64,000 bases of DNA from a virus. Lineage: Duplodnaviria > Heunggongvirae > Uroviricota > Caudoviricetes. Location: IMG/VR virus record IMGVR_UViG_2721755712_000001. The stretch is one strand, 5' to 3'. Below the pieces are notes generated by a model. The model was not told the origin of the DNA. It worked only from the letters and a program-made list of their open reading frames with translations, and ran no database searches. Each line of letters opens with the position of its first letter. The stretch's first letter is position 1. The position numbers were made by a program, and so were the translations under genes. Shown here one piece after another: positions 31,301 through 39,779 of this stretch.

Positions 31301-32411
31301 ATTCTGCACGGTTTTCCGACGCTTTCGCGTTCGTTTCGGATGTCTTCGCTGCGGAAGCAGACCTCGCTGCTGCGCTGGCCTGTTCAGTGGCTTGGCCAGC
31401 CTTCGTTGTGGCTGTTGAAGCAGACGATGCGGCACTTTCTGCCGATTTTCCGGCGGCGGTGGCACTGGCTGAGGCCTGCCCGGCACTTGTTGACGCGGCA
31501 CTGGCAGACGACGCAGCCGCTGTTTTTGAGCCTGCCGCAGCCGAGGCGCTCTGTCCCGCTGCCGTTTCAGAAGACCTGGCGTTCGTCTCGGACGTTTTTG
31601 CCGCCTTCGCGGAATTTCCTGCCGCCGTTGCCGAGGAAGCGGCATTACTGGCGCTCGAGGCTGCGCTCGTTTCTGATGATTTCGCTGCCTCTTTTGAGGC
31701 CGCCGCATCCCGGGCTGAGGTGGCAGCTTCTGACGCCTTCGTGGTCGCGGTGGATGCAGAAGTGGCTGCAGATTTTTGTGACGCTGCAGCATTCGTTTCA
31801 GATTTTTTCGCAGCAGTTGCACTCGCACTTGCGGCACTTTGTGAGGATGCCGCAGCGGATGCACTTTGAGACGCTTGAGAGGCTTTTTCTCCAGCGGCAT
31901 TGGCGCTTTTTGCTGCTGCGGCAGCACTGGCCGCCGCCTCACGAGCTTTGTCGCCAGCAGCATCAATCGCGTCAGTGTTATTTTTATACCACTCAACGTT
32001 TTCGTTGTGCTCGTTGACGATCTGCATTAGCGGCTTAACGGTCACTTCTGTACCGTCTTCACGCTCGATTGTCACCTCATCCAGCGCAGTCAACCAACTG
32101 CGTATGGACTTGGAATCAGCCGACATACGCGACATTAGCGCAGTAAAGCGCGCGCTAAACTGTGTTAAGTCGCCTTCATAGGTCGTAATGATTCGGCACG
32201 GAACCTCAGACTGAGTTTCGCCGGTATAAGGTTCTGAGAGAACAATATTCGTATCGCTTATTACGCGCTTGATCTCGTACAGCTTATTGTCGGGGCCAAT
32301 GACGATCATCCCCGGCAACACACCATTAGCTGTTACGTTCCAGGCTGTCCCTGCCCCAACCAGAGTATTGCTACCCTGTGTAAATGTGATAGTACCTTCC
32401 CTGTACCACAT
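28383..32411 (-). CDS. tail fibre protein with Ala/Ser-rich region and repeated fibre motifs
   Basis: 1342 aa; about 300-aa Ala/Ser/Thr low-complexity tract; at least five copies of ...NTTGNAATATKLQTAR.IGGV.FDGSANINLPGVN... Confidence 0.8.
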   Translation of the reverse strand: MWYREGTITFTQGSNTLVGAGTAWNVTANGVLPGMIVIGPDNKLYEIKRVISDTNIVLSEPYTGETQSEVPCRIITTYEGDLTQFSARFTALMSRMSADSKSIRSWLTALDEVTIEREDGTEVTVKPLMQIVNEHNENVEWYKNNTDAIDAAGDKAREAAASAAAAAKSANAAGEKASQASQSASAAASSQSAASASATAAKKSETNAAASQKSAATSASTATTKASEAATSARDAAASKEAAKSSETSAASSASNAASSATAAGNSAKAAKTSETNARSSETAAGQSASAAAGSKTAAASSASAASTSAGQASASATAAGKSAESAASSASTATTKAGQATEQASAAARSASAAKTSETNAKASENRAESSKTAAASSASSAASSASSASASKDEATRQASAAKGSATTASTKATEAAGSATAASQSKTAAESAATRAEAAADRAEEIAGAVAMEDASLTTKGVVKLSSAVDSTSESLAATPKAVKAANDNANSRVPSNRKVNGKALTADITLTPKDIGTLNSVTMSFSGGAGWFKLATVTMPQASSIVYIALIGGAGYNVGSPHQAGISELVLRAGNGNPKGITGALWKRTAVGLANFAWINTSGDTYDIYVEIGNYATSVNIHWDCTANASVSIYTSPTYSASKPSSVTDGVVYTMYSTHQKPTPLDIGALPTTGGTVSGPLSVTGGITGTLNGNASTATKLQTARSIGGVGFDGSANINLPGVNTTGNQNTTGNAATATKLQTARTIGGVSFDGTANINLPGVNTAGNQSTTGNAATATKLQTARTINGVKFDGSADITLTPANLDVYSKSEIDNKKGMRKYTFSAPANAVSGKWYPIVFRRSRGSTDELASRVVITTGSSVGGYAMNNCEFNGFVMPGGWSDRGSYAAGFFSIYSTAERAIHSIISSVKDDDLCSVFYVEARAFPIKIFAEEGLNVIVPTADYAVGQTTYKWGATDPLSESTNAQIILDFKNGRGYYCSHPFISSLSGNAATATKLQTARTIGGVAFDGSANINLPGVNTAGNQNTTGNAATATKLQTARNINGVKFDGSGDININTLVSRGRVTALSGSTQGTAGIQMYEAYSTSYPTTYGNVLHMKGASAAGEGELLIGWSGTSGAHAPVFIRSRRDTTDAAWSAWAQVYTSRDSIPGVNATGNQNTTGNAATATKLQTARKIAGVAFDGSADITLTAANLNAYTKTEVTNLLSSYVKSSALPSMTVRTSSISGGDMGMSLSTFISHLKSNGAFSKRYWIGFGDAMGFNAGSINNITGFGAVELAESIIEVFNLPNGDYTIRLTTSHKADYGGVTNAILVYHYRSNRSPSGQWLKFAGTVGATSN

Positions 32412-32504
32412 GTTGAATATGCTCCTTGATTTGGCGGGCTATCCTTGCCCGCCATTAAGTAATTACTTACCTATTCTTACCGATATAAAATTTTTTTTCC
32501 ACCA

Positions 32505-35500
32505 TCACAGACGGCCAATTCTTACTCGTAAGACGTTGTTATCGTCATAAACGTCAATCCGCTGACCATTTATAACCAATCGCCCATTGCCGCCGCTATT
32601 ACCGTTGATCTCAAGCGTTCCATTTTTGCCGAACCGCCATCCAGATCTACCGCTAACAAAATTGGTAGATTGCAGATCGCCTACTTTTGCATTGGTGATT
32701 GTGCCATCCTTGATATACGCTCCATTCATATAGGCGATACTGTTTTCGATAACAAATGGCGTTGTGATCTTCCCGTTAACAGAGTTGACCAAACCAAACC
32801 TGTCCGCCTGAACCAAAAACTGAGATAGCCCAGTGGTGTCAATACCAAGCGCAATACCGGCAACATACTTCTGCCCTCCGCTCGTTGAAGTCTCCATTTT
32901 CAACGTCCACGCGGTTGATACTTTTTTGTTGGTATCAGCAATAGCTGTTGCCTGCTGTTGAATTGTCGCGGTATTTCCATCCACCTCTGCTTTCAGAGTA
33001 TCGATTCGCCCACTCAGAGCATTATCTGCCTGCGTTCTCGCTGTCGTTTCAGTTGTTACCGCCGCGGAAATGTTGGCTGCCGTTTGAGACTCTAAGTTTG
33101 TGATTTGAGTCGCCAGTGCCGCATCTTGCTCTGTACGCGTTTTCGTTTCGGTTGCTACAGCCGCTTTAATATCCTCTTTGTATTGAGAGGTCAGCTTGGT
33201 GATCTGAGACGACAACGCCGAGTCAGCATCAGTTCGAGCCTGCGTTTCAACTGCAACGGCCGCACTAATATCTTTCGCAGTCTGTGCTTTTAAACTTGAA
33301 ACCTCTTTTGTTAAAGCGGTATCACCATCTGCACGAGCCGTTGTTTCTCTGGCAAGAGATGCCTCAAGATCATTAGCTTTTGCTGTAAGAGACGTAATCT
33401 GAGTGGACAATGCACTATCGGCATCAGTCCTTGCTTTTGTCTCTACAGCAACCGCTGCGGCAATATCAGTTCCGGTTTGTGCTCGCAGGCTGTTAATTTC
33501 TCGTGAGAGCGCCTGGTCAGCACTTGCTCTGGCCTCCTGCTCCTGAGTGATGGCAGCGGATATATCACCGTCAACCTTTGACTGAAGCTGGTTTATTTGT
33601 TTGGCTAACGCAGAGTCCCCGCTTGCTCGGGCCTCCTGCTCACTACGTATTGCAGCAGAAATATCATCATCAACCTTTGCCTGAAGTTGGGTGATCTGGC
33701 TTGCCAGAGCCGAATCTTCCGTTGCTCGGGCTTCTTGCTCTTCCTTAATAGCTGCGACGATATCGTTGCTTACTTTCGACTCAAGCTGAGTGATCTGTGT
33801 CGTCAGAGCTTCATCGGCAGATGTACGAGCCTCCTGCTCTGTACTAATCGCCGCGCTGATATCTCCTTCAAACTTAGATTGCAGCTGAGTGACACGCTTT
33901 GCCAACGCTTCATCGCCATCGGCACGAGCGGTGGACTCTTCCAGAATACTGGCCTTAATGTCTTCGCCAATTTCTACGCGAATTTCCTCAACCTTCGTGG
34001 CCATTGCAGACATATCATCAGCAAAGGTTTTCTGTGTTGTTGCGATCTTCGCGTTATTGACCATCTGCTTGTGCTGGTCTTCATCTTGACGAAGAGCCAG
34101 GTCAATATTTGTTTTGGCCAACGCCTCAATGTTCGTAGTCAGTTCTGCACTGGCACGATCGACCTCTGCAACCGTCTTTTTCATTTCTTCAACGGCAGCG
34201 GAGCTTTCCTCTACCGTTGACTGCAACACTTCCAGTTGTTTAGCGTTTGCAGCATCGCCTTCAACACGAGCCTCGCTTTCCTTAGCAATAAGAGCCGCCG
34301 CTTCATCTCTTGCAGCCTTTATTGCCTCGACTGTATTAGCGAGAGCTTTATCGTGTTCAGATACGGTGTTTTCGATTTCAACAATTGCAGCATCAGTAGC
34401 ATCAATTTTTTCAAACGCTTCATTGACCTTGTCGATCGTTGCCGAAACCTCACCTTTAAGCTCGGTTTGTGCGTTCTCCAAAGCATCGCTACGCTCGTTG
34501 AATTTTATTTCAAAATCCGCGAGGTTATCGCTGAACTGCTTATCTAATTCAGCTATATCTTCCTTAACGTCGTTTACCGACCCCTCCAAAGATTCGACGC
34601 TCTGGTTGATATGCTCATTTAACTCGTCAACTGCTTCTTGAGAGGCTTTGCTGTTGATGTCCTCAAGCAGAGCCTGACCAAGCTCGGAAGATGTAATTTT
34701 GCCAGTCAGGAACGACAGTACATCGCGAGTTGTCGCCTCTGTACCCAAGTTTGAGTTCGGAGGACTTAACATACCTCGCTTGTTCGATGCTCGAACCCAG
34801 TAATACCACGTTTCGCTATCCCCAAGACCAGCATGTGTAAAGGTGGTGCTTGCAGACTCTGCGATCAGTTTCGCCGTATCCAGATTGTTGGTCTGGGATG
34901 CGTAAACATTAATGTGATCAAGGTCCACCGAATCTGGATTAACCCAATTCAGTATCACATTACGATAGTCTCCAACGGCCGTTAATGACGTTGGTGCATC
35001 CGGCGGTGTCATTGTGCCCAGCACCTGATAAACGGTACTGATAATTTCTGTTTTTTTACCGTTGAATGAAACCGCATACAGTTGGAAGTCGTAGCGTCCA
35101 TTCTCCGCGACATTAACGATTTCGTATTGCTCTTCGGTTACACGCGCCGATTGCCAGTTCGATACATTGTTTTCATCAGAACGTCGCCAACTGATCCAAT
35201 ACTCTGGAGATTTCCCTTCCCATGTTGCAGTCAGTTTTACTGACAGGTTGCCAGGGCTTGAGAGATAAGTCCCTTCGGTGATTTGCAAATTAGACGGCTT
35301 GGAGTAAGTCGGGTCCAATACCGTCGTATTTTGCGGGATAAGCGTTGCACCATTGTCGATCGCCTCATATTTAGACGGATTGTTCTCAACAGCGGTGATG
35401 TCAAAGCTACCCGGCGTTTCCCCCTGCGCGATGTTAACGATGCGAACGCGCATAGGTTCGAGGTCTGGTTCTGTAATAGTCCAGACGCCGTTCAAAACAG

Positions 35501-37238
35501 GCGTTTCAGCCGAAGACAGGGATTTTGAAAACGTAACTTTTGTTATATTTTCGCCAGTTTCAAGAACATCGCGTTCAACGATTTTGCCTTCCTGATTCAG
35601 TATTCGAATAAAGCAGCCGCCTTTGGCTAACGACACCGGCGCATCGAGTGTGACGCTGTTTTTGGTAAACGCCACAATTCGACCTGAGTTACGTTTGCCT
35701 GCGCGATATTTGTTCTGAATCAGAACGGTTTCACCAGGCATCAGAAATGACGCGTCTAAGCCGGCAGTAAATGTAATTACATCCGACTCCATTCTGGCGG
35801 TATATAAAAGCCACAAACCAACTCGGTGAGCCTGCCCTCGGCTTGTACAGCCAAATGCTACGACTTCTGTCTTACGCTCACCATAACGGCGCATTGCGTC
35901 CTGATCTTCAACGTACTCGATGTTTTGCTTATAACCGTCCTCCTTGTTGTTGTAGGTTACGAGCGCAACGGATGGGCGATCTTTACGCGCAGAACCTTTA
36001 TAGGTAAACAATCCATCTTTGACGTTAGAGTTGGTAAACATCATTACCGGATCTGATGGGCTATCCTGCATGATGTTAACCATCCCACCAGCCCAAAACA
36101 CCATGCCGCGGAATGCTCCAGCAATATCCTGAATTAGTCGGTATGCGTCCTGTCGACTGGTGATCTGCGTATTGATTGCAAAGCGTTTCTCTTTGCCACC
36201 AAAGCCATCATCGACCTCTTCGTCACAATATCGACCAATCTGGTACAACTGGCCAAGGTCAATCATAGATTCCGACACATACTGACCAAGGCCATATCGA
36301 GCATTGGTCAGCAAATCAAAGAGAATCCACGCGGGGTTCGAAGAAGACAACAGCTTAAAAGTGCCATCCCATACCCCAGCGTAAGTGTTACTGGACTCGT
36401 TATAGTTTGAAGGTACTCGAATTTTTAGGCCACGCACCAGATAAGAGCGAGATGGCATGGTGCTGCCGAATTGCTCAGAGTTTACCTTCAATCCAACTAA
36501 AACAGAGTTTGGATAGTTCATCGGTGTATCGACAATTTCCCCGATTGAATCCACCCATGTATCGTTATAGAGATACTGGCTACTGTTATCATCGGTAATA
36601 CGGACTACACGAACCTTGTATGCGCGTCCAGGCTTAGGCAGCTTCAGCTCGTAGCTACGGTAATAAACGCCGGTCTTCTTTGCTGTTAGCTTAATGCCAA
36701 CGCTTTTTTCACCTTCCGCGACCACATCTACAAATGTTGAGTCGCCATTTGCTATCTGGAACTTGTACTCAACAGTCGTACCGTTCGTGTCACCAGTTTT
36801 TTTATCTATGCTTCGCAAAGAAGGAAACTTCATGATGACACGAACCCGATCAGCTTCATCGTTATCGATTGAAACCGTTACATAATGTGTTTTTTTTAAC
36901 TGGATATTGACGGATTTAGGCGTTTCAACGAAATCAAAGCCAGACATTGGAGTTTGGTCTTGCGAACCGTCGCGAAAATCCCATGTGATTCCGCTGAAGT
37001 TGGAGGAACCGTCTTCATTTACAATCGGCAGATCGTCGATAAAAATAGATCTTGCGCCATTTACTAAGCCGCCAATTACCCCTTCCCCAAGAAGATCGAG
37101 GATAGCGGCCATTGCACGAGAATTTACGGTATCGTCGGCTTCAACCGGTGTACGGCTGGAGCTTTTGCTGCTTTTTTTACCACCCGCACCGGCAATAAAC
37201 AGCGGTAGCTTTTTCTTCTTGAACTGTTCCATGTTCAA
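32505..37238 (-). CDS. J: central tail fibre / host specificity protein, lambda J-like, with expanded coiled-coil repeat region
   Basis: 1577 aa; N-terminal and central regions share long motifs with lambda gpJ (VLVGLKVNSEQFGS, AFGCTSRGQAHRVGLWL); about 15 tandem copies of a roughly 33-aa heptad-like repeat before a J-like C-terminal domain. Confidence 0.9.
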   Translation of the reverse strand: MNMEQFKKKKLPLFIAGAGGKKSSKSSSRTPVEADDTVNSRAMAAILDLLGEGVIGGLVNGARSIFIDDLPIVNEDGSSNFSGITWDFRDGSQDQTPMSGFDFVETPKSVNIQLKKTHYVTVSIDNDEADRVRVIMKFPSLRSIDKKTGDTNGTTVEYKFQIANGDSTFVDVVAEGEKSVGIKLTAKKTGVYYRSYELKLPKPGRAYKVRVVRITDDNSSQYLYNDTWVDSIGEIVDTPMNYPNSVLVGLKVNSEQFGSTMPSRSYLVRGLKIRVPSNYNESSNTYAGVWDGTFKLLSSSNPAWILFDLLTNARYGLGQYVSESMIDLGQLYQIGRYCDEEVDDGFGGKEKRFAINTQITSRQDAYRLIQDIAGAFRGMVFWAGGMVNIMQDSPSDPVMMFTNSNVKDGLFTYKGSARKDRPSVALVTYNNKEDGYKQNIEYVEDQDAMRRYGERKTEVVAFGCTSRGQAHRVGLWLLYTARMESDVITFTAGLDASFLMPGETVLIQNKYRAGKRNSGRIVAFTKNSVTLDAPVSLAKGGCFIRILNQEGKIVERDVLETGENITKVTFSKSLSSAETPVLNGVWTITEPDLEPMRVRIVNIAQGETPGSFDITAVENNPSKYEAIDNGATLIPQNTTVLDPTYSKPSNLQITEGTYLSSPGNLSVKLTATWEGKSPEYWISWRRSDENNVSNWQSARVTEEQYEIVNVAENGRYDFQLYAVSFNGKKTEIISTVYQVLGTMTPPDAPTSLTAVGDYRNVILNWVNPDSVDLDHINVYASQTNNLDTAKLIAESASTTFTHAGLGDSETWYYWVRASNKRGMLSPPNSNLGTEATTRDVLSFLTGKITSSELGQALLEDINSKASQEAVDELNEHINQSVESLEGSVNDVKEDIAELDKQFSDNLADFEIKFNERSDALENAQTELKGEVSATIDKVNEAFEKIDATDAAIVEIENTVSEHDKALANTVEAIKAARDEAAALIAKESEARVEGDAANAKQLEVLQSTVEESSAAVEEMKKTVAEVDRASAELTTNIEALAKTNIDLALRQDEDQHKQMVNNAKIATTQKTFADDMSAMATKVEEIRVEIGEDIKASILEESTARADGDEALAKRVTQLQSKFEGDISAAISTEQEARTSADEALTTQITQLESKVSNDIVAAIKEEQEARATEDSALASQITQLQAKVDDDISAAIRSEQEARASGDSALAKQINQLQSKVDGDISAAITQEQEARASADQALSREINSLRAQTGTDIAAAVAVETKARTDADSALSTQITSLTAKANDLEASLARETTARADGDTALTKEVSSLKAQTAKDISAAVAVETQARTDADSALSSQITKLTSQYKEDIKAAVATETKTRTEQDAALATQITNLESQTAANISAAVTTETTARTQADNALSGRIDTLKAEVDGNTATIQQQATAIADTNKKVSTAWTLKMETSTSGGQKYVAGIALGIDTTGLSQFLVQADRFGLVNSVNGKITTPFVIENSIAYMNGAYIKDGTITNAKVGDLQSTNFVSGRSGWRFGKNGTLEINGNSGGNGRLVINGQRIDVYDDNNVLRVRIGRL

Positions 37239-37249
37239 AAAATCCTTGT

Positions 37250-37843
37250 TTACATTAGCTGGTCAATCGTGATTGAAGAACTCACAACCTGTGAGCCAAC
37301 CAGAATTTCCTCGCCATAGATAAGTTGTACTGGGTTGCCCTGGTTTTCTGTATTTTGAGGGCCGTCGAAATAATAAGAGTTCGAGTTATCTGCCTGTCTC
37401 ACACTTTCGTTAGTGGCTTGCGGCGATATGATTTGTGATATGCCGCCCATCATCAGTGACAAACCGAGAGGTGCTAAAGCAGGCATCACTACCGCCGATA
37501 CAACCAACAAAGCGGCCCCTACTACCGTCTGAAACCACCCAAAAGCAGATCCACCGCTTCCTCGCGGAACAGGTGTAATGCGGATTTTGGCAATGTTGTC
37601 AGACTGCCCCATCATCTGATATTCACTTTCGTCAACAGACCACTTGTGGCCCTGTTTATTGGTGATCTGGATGTGGTAACGGTCATAGGTTTTGATATTG
37701 CGCTTCATCCATGCTTTAAACCCAGGCTTGTTGGCCTCAATTAAATCCAGAGCCTGTTTTGTATTGCGCACCTTTAGATGCCAGTGGCGGCCAAAATGTT
37801 TGGCCATAGGGCCGCCAAGCTGCACATGAACTAACTCAGACAC
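37250..37843 (-). CDS. I: tail assembly protein, lambda I-like
   Basis: 197 aa; position between K-like and J-like genes; C-terminal hydrophobic Gly-rich segment. Confidence 0.65.
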   Translation of the reverse strand: MSELVHVQLGGPMAKHFGRHWHLKVRNTKQALDLIEANKPGFKAWMKRNIKTYDRYHIQITNKQGHKWSVDESEYQMMGQSDNIAKIRITPVPRGSGGSAFGWFQTVVGAALLVVSAVVMPALAPLGLSLMMGGISQIISPQATNESVRQADNSNSYYFDGPQNTENQGNPVQLIYGEEILVGSQVVSSSITIDQLM

Positions 37844-38655
37844 GTCTCATCTCCCTTGAGCAAGTCTCTGTGACGCAAGTGATGCGTCGTATGTTTCTGA
37901 TACATTCCGCCGTAATAAGCACGACAACTAAGGCGGTCGATCTGGTGATGAAGAATCATTCCATCGCCGATATAAACCGCGCAGTGGTCAGGCATTTTCC
38001 CGTATTGGATAAAGAAGATGTCCCCACGTTGAGGCTCTGTTCCGGGCGCAAGACGCACCAATCCCTCGTTACGGTAGTTCTGATCGAGAATGTCGTTATC
38101 GCCGGTGTACCACGATGGAATATGCAGGTGTGCGTTCGGGTTTAGTTCGACGTTAAACTCACGCTTCAAATAGTCCCGACACAACATCCAGCAATCGAAT
38201 ACGCCAAATACATACGGTCTGCCCAGGTATGGCATTTCGAAACCATCAGGTGTGATCACATTCATCTCGCTAAAATGGAAAGGGGCATCTCCCTCAACAT
38301 TCTTGCGAATAGCCAGAATCATCCACGGAACTTCCGTCGCTTCGCAGCCTGCACGATCGGCATCAGATGCTTCTGCTGATTCATCAGTATGTGAATGCCA
38401 GATTGCGATAACATCACCCGCATCCTCTGCCGCCATAATGTCGTCAACGTGCATTACAAAAGTGTTCTGCGGGTTCTCCGAAACATTCCGCGCTTCCATA
38501 AAGCGATATTTGTCGCCATTAGTTCTAACCAGAAAGCCACACGCTTCATTAGGGTAGCGATTTATGGCGCAGAGATAGATTTGCTGCATAACGTCAGAGC
38601 CAAGCTCAGGGATTGCTTTATTACCCATACCGCGTAGCTCCAATAAATCCGCCAA
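37831..38655 (-). CDS. K: tail tip assembly protein, lambda K-like (JAMM/MPN plus NlpC/P60)
   Basis: 274 aa; JAMM-like motif AIWHSHTDESAEASDAD and a C-terminal Cys/His cell-wall hydrolase-like half. Confidence 0.8.
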   Translation of the reverse strand: MADLLELRGMGNKAIPELGSDVMQQIYLCAINRYPNEACGFLVRTNGDKYRFMEARNVSENPQNTFVMHVDDIMAAEDAGDVIAIWHSHTDESAEASDADRAGCEATEVPWMILAIRKNVEGDAPFHFSEMNVITPDGFEMPYLGRPYVFGVFDCWMLCRDYLKREFNVELNPNAHLHIPSWYTGDNDILDQNYRNEGLVRLAPGTEPQRGDIFFIQYGKMPDHCAVYIGDGMILHHQIDRLSCRAYYGGMYQKHTTHHLRHRDLLKGDETCLS

Positions 38656-39352
38656 AATGGATCACACCGTCGGCAAAATAATTCCGACGCGCATTACAGG
38701 CGTCATAACGTTTTGTGCAGTAATCCGCACCAGACATAGACGTCTGCTGGTTATTTTTGTCGAAATATGGACCGGTATAGCCGCATTCTGGCCCTCGGTA
38801 TTTCCACGGGCAGGTGTTTTTAATGATCTGACGATACGGCAGTTGCACCCCCATCAAATCGAACACACTAGACAATTCAAACTCGACAACCTGATGAGTT
38901 TCGAGAGTTTTCTGTTCGATAAACCACATTTCATCCGGGAAATGTTGGTTTGGATCTGCTGTTGGGTTGCCGTCTTTAAAATTAACGGCATCGAGGAAGC
39001 GAGCCAGCGTCATCTTGCGAATAATGCGGCAGCCAACAAGATCGTCGTTTGCCTGAACTTCCGCAGAGACAGTTCCGGCAAAGTTCGATACCTGAATTTT
39101 TGGACGTGGCAACGTTCCCTGGCCAGTTTTGTCAAAGCCTGATGCTTTGATTGGCCACGGCTCGTATGTCACTCCTTGCCAGACGACCGGTTGCATCAGT
39201 TCGTTTGTTCCGGCGTGGAAGAATAGCTTCCCCCCTGAAGTTGTGTTCGACATATCCAGTACGAACAACTCAATGAGTGCAGAGGGAGATAAGCTCTGAA
39301 TATCAGCTTTAATTCCCATTGTTTCATCCTTGAAATAAGTAGGCGCTAACAT
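38621..39352 (-). CDS. L: minor tail protein, lambda L-like
   Basis: 243 aa; motifs ARFLDAVNF and CGYTGP plus C-terminal Cys cluster matching lambda gpL. Confidence 0.85.
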   Translation of the reverse strand: MLAPTYFKDETMGIKADIQSLSPSALIELFVLDMSNTTSGGKLFFHAGTNELMQPVVWQGVTYEPWPIKASGFDKTGQGTLPRPKIQVSNFAGTVSAEVQANDDLVGCRIIRKMTLARFLDAVNFKDGNPTADPNQHFPDEMWFIEQKTLETHQVVEFELSSVFDLMGVQLPYRQIIKNTCPWKYRGPECGYTGPYFDKNNQQTSMSGADYCTKRYDACNARRNYFADGVIHFGGFIGATRYG

Positions 39353-39401
39353 CCTGTCAGCGCCACAATGATAGTAAATTAGTACTTACTTATCCAGATG
39401 C

Positions 39402-39737
39402 TTAAGCCTCAAATACTTGTCTGAATGTAGCAGTTAAGACACAGTACCCCTGATATCGCTTGACCGTATGACTGTCACATACAACTACAATCCGTTTTCC
39501 TCTTTGATTAACCCAATAGAACGACTCAACGCCTGCTCGCTCAGTCAGGAAGTCATCGATTGCATTAATTTCGTTGTATGATCTGGTAAAGGTTAACGAC
39601 CATTCTTCTTTAATACGATTAAGACCTTGAGCCTGTCGCTGCTCGTAGTCATCACCAAAATTAAGTATCGTTACATTCGGTTTTACGCTTTTTTCAGATT
39701 CGTAATCTGGATACCAATTAAACGTTTGTCTTTCCAT
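39402..39737 (-). CDS. M: minor tail protein, lambda M-like
   Basis: 111 aa; FGDGYEQR motif and size match lambda gpM. Confidence 0.75.
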   Translation of the reverse strand: MERQTFNWYPDYESEKSVKPNVTILNFGDDYEQRQAQGLNRIKEEWSLTFTRSYNEINAIDDFLTERAGVESFYWVNQRGKRIVVVCDSHTVKRYQGYCVLTATFRQVFEA

Positions 39738-39779
39738 CTCACATCCTTGTGAGACTGCCCCGGTCGGGGCAGTCGATAG

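Noticed and set aside
31013-32017. Long ORFs on both strands inside the tail fibre gene (31013..31996 minus, Arg/Pro/Gln-rich; 31037..32017 and 31174..31869 plus, Ala/Asp-rich)
   Set aside because: They coincide exactly with the Ala/Ser low-complexity tract of the 1342-aa fibre frame and have extreme, codon-mirror compositions; they are artefacts of biased sequence, not genes.
33000-34300. Possible CRISPR array suggested by regular about 99-bp periodicity
   Set aside because: The repeats are in-frame coding repeats of the J-like protein, diverge at the nucleotide level, and have no unique spacers or leader; not a CRISPR array.
33687-34641. Plus-strand ORFs (177, 175 and 103 aa) within the J-like gene
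   Set aside because: They lie antisense to the tandem coiled-coil repeat region and are Ser/Ala/Cys-rich low-complexity translations; no start signals and fully contained in a well-supported gene.
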